DNA of 64,000 nucleotides from an uncultured Holophaga sp. (GTDB lineage Bacteria; Acidobacteriota; Holophagae; Holophagales; Holophagaceae): NCBI GenBank assembly GCA_963664825.1, contig OY761614.1, positions 1,952,001 to 2,016,000 of the forward strand, read 5' to 3'. Shown piece by piece: positions 56,713 to 64,000 of this stretch (position 1 is its first letter; each line of letters starts with the position of its first letter). The notes under the pieces were generated by a model. It saw only the letters and a program-made list of their open reading frames with translations, ran no database searches and was not told where the DNA came from. The position numbers and the translations under genes were made by a program.

Positions 56713-57378
56713 ATGCCCCTCCCTTCCCGAAAAAACAGAGGCTACTCCCTGATCGAGCTCCTGGTGGTGCTCGCCATCGTGGGGATATTGGCCATCGTCA
56801 GCGTTTTCATGTTGGGGGATAGGCGGGGCAATGCCGTGCGTGGTGTCATGGACGAGCTGGAGGGGGTTGTCCTGGCTGCCCAGCGGAACGCCATGGCGAC
56901 CGGGACGGATGTGACGCTCGAGACTTCGGCAGGTACCTGGGTGGCTGGGACATGGTCGCTCGATGGGCGCCAAACGGATCCTTTGAACCCTCCAGCGCGC
57001 CTCGGCTCAAGCAGCGAAATATTTATTTCCCATTTCAACCAGGGGCAACGGGATCACATGCATGCGGGTGTCGTCGGGGCTGATGACTACGCGACGGCTC
57101 TCGGGAGTGCGTCGGCGCTGGCCTCGGTCCCTCCTTGTGATGTAGAACCATTCCACAGTGCCTTGGCCAACAACCTATACACCGGGGCGGTCCAAAAAAT
57201 AACGATCAGTGGACTGACTAAACGATTCAACACGGGCTTTTGTATCGTCGTCGCCGGGCTGCGGGGTGGGGCTGTTGGCGCATCCGGGCCGGTGGGCGTG
57301 ATCGTGGTGCCTGCCAACATGGCGAACGTCTTCAAATTCTACAAGCGGGAAGGGGAGACCCAATGGAAGCGCCTGTGA
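56713..57378 (+). CDS. Type IV minor prepilin, FimT/FimU-like
   Basis: Prepilin motif RG/YSLIELLVVLAIVGIL; first gene of pilV-W-X-Y1 cluster. Confidence 0.85.
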   Translation: MPLPSRKNRGYSLIELLVVLAIVGILAIVSVFMLGDRRGNAVRGVMDELEGVVLAAQRNAMATGTDVTLETSAGTWVAGTWSLDGRQTDPLNPPARLGSSSEIFISHFNQGQRDHMHAGVVGADDYATALGSASALASVPPCDVEPFHSALANNLYTGAVQKITISGLTKRFNTGFCIVVAGLRGGAVGASGPVGVIVVPANMANVFKFYKREGETQWKRL

Positions 57379-57380
57379 AT

Positions 57381-57884
57381 ATGACATCCTCTTCAGACCT
57401 CCGTCGGAAGCGGCAGTCGGGTTTCAGCATGATCGAACTTCTCATTACGGCCTTCATCCTGGCCATCGGGATCCTGGGCCTCACCATGCTGCAGGTCATG
57501 TCCATTCGCGCGAGTACCGGCAGCCACTCCGTGGGCACGGCGGTCATGGTGGGGGAGGGGGTGCTGGAATCCATCCAGGCGGAAGGGCGGCAACGGATGC
57601 TCTTCCTCAAATACGTCGGGACAGCGCCTGCGACCACCTATTTCGATAATGGTAATAAGAAGATGACTCAGTACTACGCCTTCGACGGCACAAAGTTGGC
57701 GGATGCCGCGAATGCCTATTTCACGGTGGATATCAAGCCCGAGGTTGTTGTGGCGTGGGGCTCCGCGGGGGGGACTAAGTGTTTTACCGTGGTGGTTACC
57801 TTCGCGGATACCCCGAATCCGGCAAACCCGACCAAGACCATCAACCGGGCGGTCACGCTCACAAGGCAGGTGGCCTATGCGTAG
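57381..57884 (+). CDS. pilV: Type IV minor pilin PilV-like
   Basis: SG/FSMIELLITAFILAIGILGLTMLQ. Confidence 0.8.
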   Translation: MTSSSDLRRKRQSGFSMIELLITAFILAIGILGLTMLQVMSIRASTGSHSVGTAVMVGEGVLESIQAEGRQRMLFLKYVGTAPATTYFDNGNKKMTQYYAFDGTKLADAANAYFTVDIKPEVVVAWGSAGGTKCFTVVVTFADTPNPANPTKTINRAVTLTRQVAYA

Positions 57885-58983
57885 GCGCTTCCAATTCCAG
57901 GATGGCTTCTCCCTGGTGGAGTTGCTGGTAGCCCTATTTTTCACCATGATCCTGATGGCTGGCATGGCGAGCGTGTTCAAGTCAAGCCTCGCAACGTTCG
58001 TGACTTCAGGGGAAAAGCTATCCTCGAACCGTCGGAACCGGCTCGCCATGGATCTGCTCAGCGACGACCTGAACGTGGCGGGGCAGTATCTCACGCTGGA
58101 TGCGGCTCCCAATGGCATTACTGATGCCAATCCCGGTTTCGTCATCCATCCGAATGTCGCCTTCACGGGGACGGATGTTCCGGCGGCGGTCGCAGATGAG
58201 CTCCTCTTCTACTTCGATGATCCTCTTCCTGCCGAAGGGACCTTCGGTGCCGATGTGCTAGGGACGGCTTCCTATGTGGCTAGTGGCGCAGCGGCAACCG
58301 CCGGAACTGGCATACCCATCAATTTCGCAGGGGATCCTGATGTGGCGGCCGTTGCGGCTGCCCAGGTCAAGACGGGAATGTTACTCATCACCCGGGGCAA
58401 CTACGAGTACAAGAAAATCCTGACGGCCGATCCCAAAGGAGCGACCACGACGGTGACCATCGATGGCATGTTCGGCGAGAAGCATCTCGCCACCGAGGGC
58501 GTGCTGATCGCCAAGCCAGCCCAGTATGTGCGCTACCGCATTCAGGGCCGGAATTTCGATCCAGAGAAACAGGCTGATGCCAATGGCAAAATTCCCTGCC
58601 TGATCCGCGAACAAGGGCCCTATCCTGGCGCGGGCACCTTCGCGCCCGACGATGCATTGACCACCATCGTGGCGGAGAATGTCACCAAGTTTACGGTGGC
58701 CCTCAGTGTGGATCGGGGTGAGCATTGGCGCACGGGTGCCGATTGGGACGCCATCAAGGCTCTCCTGAAAACGGATCTTGCGACTTCAGGGGCTCCCGGC
58801 TTCACGACGATCAGTGGCAATGCCCACTGGTACCGGTCCATTCCCATGCTTGTGCGCGTCAATGTGACGACCCGCACTCTCCGGTCTCGCTCTGAGTACT
58901 CGGCCACGGGAACGACGTCGGCCTACAAGGAACAGACCCAGTCCCTGGTGCTCCTCCCTCGTCATTTCGGCCTCCAGTTCTGA
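57877..58983 (+). CDS. pilW: Type IV minor pilin PilW-like
   Basis: DG/FSLVELLVAL; RLAMDLLSDDLNVAG; IVAENV. Confidence 0.8.
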   Translation: MRRRFQFQDGFSLVELLVALFFTMILMAGMASVFKSSLATFVTSGEKLSSNRRNRLAMDLLSDDLNVAGQYLTLDAAPNGITDANPGFVIHPNVAFTGTDVPAAVADELLFYFDDPLPAEGTFGADVLGTASYVASGAAATAGTGIPINFAGDPDVAAVAAAQVKTGMLLITRGNYEYKKILTADPKGATTTVTIDGMFGEKHLATEGVLIAKPAQYVRYRIQGRNFDPEKQADANGKIPCLIREQGPYPGAGTFAPDDALTTIVAENVTKFTVALSVDRGEHWRTGADWDAIKALLKTDLATSGAPGFTTISGNAHWYRSIPMLVRVNVTTRTLRSRSEYSATGTTSAYKEQTQSLVLLPRHFGLQF

Positions 58984-58995
58984 AACAGGCGCCTC

Positions 58996-59577
58996 ATGAA
59001 AAATAGACAAGTTGTTCTTTCCGATCCCCAATCCGGAGGCGTCACCATTCTGGTGGCCCTGATGCTGCTTGTACTGCTCACGGTCGCAGCCATCGCAATG
59101 TCCCGCAATGCTCTGCGGGAGGTCATCATTTCGGGGACGGTCCGCCAGGGGGCGGAGGCGCGCAACGTGGCCGATACGGGCATCGAGTGGTCTTGCTACT
59201 GGCTGACGCCGGATGGGGCCGTGACCAAGGCGGAACCGGATGCGGGTGCCAGCGATTTCGAGGGCAAGGTCAAGGAACTGAGTGGGAGTATGGAGCTTTC
59301 GGGTGAACTCCGGACCGTGGACGCGGCAGGCGTGATGAAGCGCACTGGAACCGACGGCGCCACGCGCTCCTATAGTTTGGGCGTGATCCGCATGGGCAAA
59401 CAACAGCTGGATCTGACAGGCGGGGCTCCCAGTACAGGGGCGGGCGGCATGACCCAAGCCATACCCCCGGAACTATTGCCGGATATTTGGTCCATTAGGT
59501 CGACGGGTAAATTGGATTACGGCGGGATCGCTTTCCAGCATACGCGTGAGGCCTGGGCGACGGCTCCACCCCATTAG
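58996..59577 (+). CDS. pilX: Type IV pilus assembly protein PilX-like
   Basis: QSG/GVTILVALMLLVLLT lacking Glu5, A..VADTGIE; position after pilW. Confidence 0.8.
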   Translation: MKNRQVVLSDPQSGGVTILVALMLLVLLTVAAIAMSRNALREVIISGTVRQGAEARNVADTGIEWSCYWLTPDGAVTKAEPDAGASDFEGKVKELSGSMELSGELRTVDAAGVMKRTGTDGATRSYSLGVIRMGKQQLDLTGGAPSTGAGGMTQAIPPELLPDIWSIRSTGKLDYGGIAFQHTREAWATAPPH

Positions 59578-59617
59578 TCCTCTCTGCCGAAATCTTCTCC
59601 CCTCCCGTGAGGTCTGT

Positions 59618-62600
59618 ATGCGCCATTTCAGTCGTCTATTCAGTGCTCTGCTCGCCCTTGCCCTGGCTTCGCCCCTGGCGGCACAGCTGAATCCCACATG
59701 GCAGGCTCCCAATTCGCCTGATTTTCTGGATCTCTATCAGAGGTCCAGTAGTACCAAGGTGAAGCCTGAGATCGCGACGATCTTCGACTTCTCGGGGTCC
59801 ATGCAATGCCTGATGTACCATCCGGCCTATTTCAACAATGATCCCAACGACATCGGTGACCTCTCTGGCATTACCTTCACCCTTTCCGGGCCCGCAGGAA
59901 CCATGAAGGTGACGGCTTCGGTCGGGTTGGCCTGGTTCACCAGCGCGGTGCTGATCCGCCCCGATGGTACCCAGGTCACTGAGGCCAACGTGAACACCAC
60001 CTCCACCACCAGCCCGGTTCTCTGGGGTGACAAGAGCTTGAATGGTGCATCTTCCCAGGCTTGCGATGTGCGGAACTGGGTGCGGGCAGCCTCCCACATC
60101 CGCTTGACCTATACGGGAGCCAATACCAATGGCCCGAACCAAGGGACTCTCTTGCCACCGGGCGTGAAGCGAACAGTGGATTTGCCGATTCCATGGAAGG
60201 TGATGGACGCGACCTCCACGGGCTATCCGTTGAGTTCCATGACCGTAAAAGATCAATACATTGGAACGAACACCGATGGAACCACGACCACCTATGGAAG
60301 TGGGAATCTCCTGGAGGTCGATACACGGTACAAGATCCAGACTGGTTTCGCGGATATAGCCCCCAGCACTCAGATCCGGGACAACAACCTAGTGCTCTCC
60401 GGCGATCCCGGCGCGATCGTCACTACCACCAAGTACATGATCCGTCTAAACAAAGCATACATTGACTGGCTCTTCACGGGCACCTATCAGAACACGGACA
60501 ATACCAGACCCGATTACTGCACCGCCGCGAGCGGTTTGACCGGAAAGTACATCGTCTTCGATGCTCTTTCCATTACAAATGTCGGCAACCAGACAAATGT
60601 GGGCCAGGGCCAAGCTTTTGGCACGTTCGGCACTGAAACAATAAACTTCTGGGATCCGCAAGCGCAGGCTTACATCTCCCGATCGGCCAAGTACAATGCC
60701 ATTCCGGCCAGGGACCGGGTCCAGGCGGTGAAGGAAGCCGCCATCCGGACCTGGATCAACTACCAGTCTCGGGTCTTTTGGGCCTTCCGCTTCCTGGACG
60801 ATGCGACAGAGTCCCTTAGTGGCAAGGCGAGCACAATCAACAACAATTCAAAGACTACCCTTGGGGGTGCGGATCCCACCAGCACCTGGGTGAGCGGCAG
60901 TGATTCGGGCTGGACCCTGCTCAACGGCGCCTCCGTCAAGGGCATGAATCGCATCGCAGCCCTCTTTCCCTACACCAATACCCCTCTTACGTACGCCACG
61001 GCGAGAGCCCTTGCGCAATTCACGGATCCCAGCAGTGTTTTTGGGAATGTGGAAACCGGGGCGGATGCACCCGTTCAATGCCAGAAACGCTTCTTAATCA
61101 TTTTCACGGATGGCGTTCCCAGTTCGGATCATGGCAGCGAGTTAACGACGGATACGCCCTACCTTCCCTCCGCGGGGGCTCTCACTGGAGACGCGGAGAC
61201 CGGCAACGGCAATTTATGGGATAAGGGTGCGGGTAGCCTTAAGGCGGCGGCGGCGAACATCAACCCGGGCAACAGTTGGTGGAACATCTTCACCTACGCA
61301 GGAATCGCGGCCCACCTTGGCGACAGCTCCAAGACCCAATATTCAACAGATAACTCCATCACGACATTCATGAATCCGCCGACATCCTATCCGTCCGGCG
61401 ACGCGGCACCCACCGCCTTCCTGCCCTTCGCTGTCCAGAATCGCGGGACGATATCAATTTCCCAACCCTATGGTCTGATCACCACCATGACCATTGGTGT
61501 GAGTTTGGGGGGTAAATATACCGATGCCAAGAGTGCCAAACAGCGCCTTTTCCTGGCTGCCGCTTTCGGTGACCCGGACCGCACCAGTTGGGATCTCAAT
61601 CCCCCGGATCTCTCGGCCACCAAGCCACTTCATCCCAATGGTCTGACCCCTTTTGCGTTGAAGGATCCCACCAAACCCGATGATCCGAACAATACCAAGT
61701 CGGCGAACAGCGTCTACTTCTTCGACGCGACCACCCCTGATGCCATTGTCAGTGGTCTGGGTTTCGCCTTCAAGGCGACCACTGCCATCGAGCAGACCGG
61801 CTCTACGTCCGTGCCGGTCATTCCCTGGATCGGGGGTGGCTTGAGCGATCAGATCTACCTGGCTTCCTTCTTGGTGCCCAAGGGCGGCGGGCCGGTCTGG
61901 ACTGGCGATCTGAGGATGTTCCCGACCAAGACTGTGAGTCTGACCGATACCACCACCGGATCCAAGACCCAGACTTTGATCCTGGACAATAAGGGTGCTG
62001 AGGTCCCCGGCGATTTGGCGAAGGAAAATAATCCTGGGTGGTCAGCCGCCAAGATCTTGGCCTCCCGCGCATGGACGACTCGGAAGATCTATACCCGCCT
62101 GCCCTCTGACAAAACTACTTCCAATCCCTCGATTTATTCCATACCCACGAGCATCACAGCCTCGGATCTCGGTACCAGCGGCTCCCAGGCCAAGCTGGCG
62201 GCCATCCTCCCCGGGAGCGATGTGGCCACCAAGCTCAAAAATTTGCAATGGATGATGGGGGCGGATCTCTCGGACGCGACAAGAGTCAAGACCCGAGCCA
62301 ATATCATGGGCGATATCTTGGACAGTGCGCCTTCCTTCCTAGAATATTCCAATCCCACCCTGTCTGGGAGCCTCTCGACCGCCTGGGACGCGGCCCCCAG
62401 CACGAGTAGGCATTTCCGGGTGATCTTCGTTGGAACCAACCAGGGGGTGATTCACGCCTTTGGCGAAGTGTCCTGGGATAACAATGTGGGAACCACGGCC
62501 ACTCCGGTCTACATTAAGGCTGGTTTGGTCGACGAGCTCTGGGCCTTCATTCCCACTGATATCATCAAATATTGCGATTACTACCAGACGATCGGGAACC

Positions 62601-64000
62601 CTCATCGCCTAGGTGTGAATGGCACACCGTATTTATATTTCCTGGATCTTCCCGCCAGCGGCAAGCGCAGCGGAAACGGGATGATGGATATCGGCAGTTC
62701 AGAACGGGCCACCCTGATCATGGGGCTCGGCAAGGGGGGGCGCAGCTACTATGCCATCGATGTCCGGGATCCTTTTGCGCCGAAGCTTGGCGGCAGTGGA
62801 GACGATGCAATCACTGGATGGGCCCTCGTCCCTGATGAAGACACCAGCTATCCCGCTAAGATTTTTGAACCCTCAACGCCTGACACGGCGATCATCCCCA
62901 ACATGGGTTGGTCGACCTGCCAGCCCACGATCGGGCGGGTCCTGACCGGGACCGGTACCACGCAGAAGATCAGGGACGTTGTGTTCCTGGGAGGCGGCTT
63001 CAGTCTTCCCGAGATCGAGAAGAACTATCCCACGGCGGGTGCGAAGACCCCCTTGGGCCGTTCTGTGCTGGCCTTGGATGTGGCTAACGGCCATGTTGTG
63101 CAGACTTGGAACCTCGCTGGTTATGGCCCCGTGGGGGCGGGCGTCATGCCGATGACGGTCACGACCTACTCGGGATTGACCCAGCGGGCCTACTTCACGG
63201 ATTTCTTCGGAGGCCTCTGGGCCTTGGGTTCCACTGCGGATAACACAGCGACGGGCATGTCAGGGTTCCGGGTGGATTCTAGCAACCTTGGCGACTGGTC
63301 TACCACGCCACGTCATGTCTACCAGCAGAACATTCCGGATGGCCTGTTGAGCACAATCCCTGCCCCCTTCCTGGTGTCTAATTTCTACCCCAGGACCACT
63401 GCTCCCTATGTGACTCCGCTTACGGTGGGCATCACCCTGGTCAGCGGGGATCGCAACAATCCGATGGATAAGCTCTATACCGGTACTGCAAGCAATACCG
63501 AACCCAGCCAGCACCGCATGACCGTGATTTTCGATCGCCAGGACAGCAACAAACTTGGGCTCGATACCGCCGGTATCAAGACGACCGATTTAGCAGACAT
63601 GAGTGGCCAGAACGATCCTGCCGCCGTAGAGATCCAGCCGGGTAATGCGAGCTTCTATCTTAATAATAAATACGGGTATTACCTGAATTTCCCTGCCCGG
63701 AAATCGACCGATGCCTATGTGGCCAAAGGGCTCGTGTCTCCCATGGTGCTCGCCGGCAAGCTGTTCTACAGCTACTTCTCCCCAACCGGTTATGCGGATG
63801 GGGATCCCTGCAGTGCCGGCATGGGGTCCACGACCACCGTCCAGGTCTGCAACGTGATGCTGCCGACTTTCCCCGGTGTCGGCAAGGTATGGGACTCGAC
63901 CAAAGCGGTCCAGGGCTGTGCCTCGGGTGAGGTGTTTACCTGGGTGGGTTTGGCCAGCCGATTCTCCCCCAAGAGCATCCTTTCCGCTCTGCAGGCCGGC
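59618..64000 (+). CDS. pilY1: PilY1/PilC-type pilus adhesin, partial (1461 codons to the right edge)
   Basis: Not in ORF track (no stop in window); signal peptide MRHFSRLFSALLALALASPLAAQ; MIDAS-like DFSGSM; IMGDILDSAP, FVGTNQGVIHAF, ELWAFIP, GKGGRSYYAIDV. Confidence 0.88.
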   Translation, partial: MRHFSRLFSALLALALASPLAAQLNPTWQAPNSPDFLDLYQRSSSTKVKPEIATIFDFSGSMQCLMYHPAYFNNDPNDIGDLSGITFTLSGPAGTMKVTASVGLAWFTSAVLIRPDGTQVTEANVNTTSTTSPVLWGDKSLNGASSQACDVRNWVRAASHIRLTYTGANTNGPNQGTLLPPGVKRTVDLPIPWKVMDATSTGYPLSSMTVKDQYIGTNTDGTTTTYGSGNLLEVDTRYKIQTGFADIAPSTQIRDNNLVLSGDPGAIVTTTKYMIRLNKAYIDWLFTGTYQNTDNTRPDYCTAASGLTGKYIVFDALSITNVGNQTNVGQGQAFGTFGTETINFWDPQAQAYISRSAKYNAIPARDRVQAVKEAAIRTWINYQSRVFWAFRFLDDATESLSGKASTINNNSKTTLGGADPTSTWVSGSDSGWTLLNGASVKGMNRIAALFPYTNTPLTYATARALAQFTDPSSVFGNVETGADAPVQCQKRFLIIFTDGVPSSDHGSELTTDTPYLPSAGALTGDAETGNGNLWDKGAGSLKAAAANINPGNSWWNIFTYAGIAAHLGDSSKTQYSTDNSITTFMNPPTSYPSGDAAPTAFLPFAVQNRGTISISQPYGLITTMTIGVSLGGKYTDAKSAKQRLFLAAAFGDPDRTSWDLNPPDLSATKPLHPNGLTPFALKDPTKPDDPNNTKSANSVYFFDATTPDAIVSGLGFAFKATTAIEQTGSTSVPVIPWIGGGLSDQIYLASFLVPKGGGPVWTGDLRMFPTKTVSLTDTTTGSKTQTLILDNKGAEVPGDLAKENNPGWSAAKILASRAWTTRKIYTRLPSDKTTSNPSIYSIPTSITASDLGTSGSQAKLAAILPGSDVATKLKNLQWMMGADLSDATRVKTRANIMGDILDSAPSFLEYSNPTLSGSLSTAWDAAPSTSRHFRVIFVGTNQGVIHAFGEVSWDNNVGTTATPVYIKAGLVDELWAFIPTDIIKYCDYYQTIGNPHRLGVNGTPYLYFLDLPASGKRSGNGMMDIGSSERATLIMGLGKGGRSYYAIDVRDPFAPKLGGSGDDAITGWALVPDEDTSYPAKIFEPSTPDTAIIPNMGWSTCQPTIGRVLTGTGTTQKIRDVVFLGGGFSLPEIEKNYPTAGAKTPLGRSVLALDVANGHVVQTWNLAGYGPVGAGVMPMTVTTYSGLTQRAYFTDFFGGLWALGSTADNTATGMSGFRVDSSNLGDWSTTPRHVYQQNIPDGLLSTIPAPFLVSNFYPRTTAPYVTPLTVGITLVSGDRNNPMDKLYTGTASNTEPSQHRMTVIFDRQDSNKLGLDTAGIKTTDLADMSGQNDPAAVEIQPGNASFYLNNKYGYYLNFPARKSTDAYVAKGLVSPMVLAGKLFYSYFSPTGYADGDPCSAGMGSTTTVQVCNVMLPTFPGVGKVWDSTKAVQGCASGEVFTWVGLASRFSPKSILSALQAG

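Noticed and set aside
1..64000. CRISPR array, tRNA/rRNA, integrase or transposase
   Set aside because: No regularly spaced repeats, cloverleaf or rRNA signatures, or recombinase motifs seen by eye

Overview
GC-rich bacterial chromosomal window. Gene content (kdsA, TonB-type protein, HypD, many secreted peptidases, PilVWX/PilY1) suggests a Gram-negative anaerobe, plausibly Acidobacteriota class Holophagae (Geothrix-like); this taxonomy is inference only. It holds about 45 CDS, and I saw no tRNA, rRNA, CRISPR array or intact transposase/integrase. The standout is a tightly coupled 7-gene operon (20899-33231): Xaa-Pro aminopeptidase, glycyl-radical activase, 4-hydroxyproline dehydratase HypD, GH127/GH146 beta-L-arabinofuranosidase, DPP-IV-like S9 peptidase, a duplicated HExxH metalloprotease and a GH27 alpha-galactosidase. 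A divergent C69 dipeptidase and a GntR regulator flank it. Together these match the chemistry of plant hydroxyproline-rich glycoproteins (extensin: Hyp-O-arabinosides and Ser-O-galactose), suggesting an anaerobic extensin-utilisation system. Other points of interest: a 55-bp duplication of the ychF 3' end around a ~146-bp remnant, a similar junction duplication inside an ABC operon, a WYL regulator with a palindrome over its own -35, a CTG-start secreted mini-protein paired with a propeller-like protein, a truncated MFS pseudogene, a GCGAAG-type inverted-repeat element, and a type IV minor-pilin/PilY1 cluster running off the right end. All product calls come from motif recognition by eye, not database searches.
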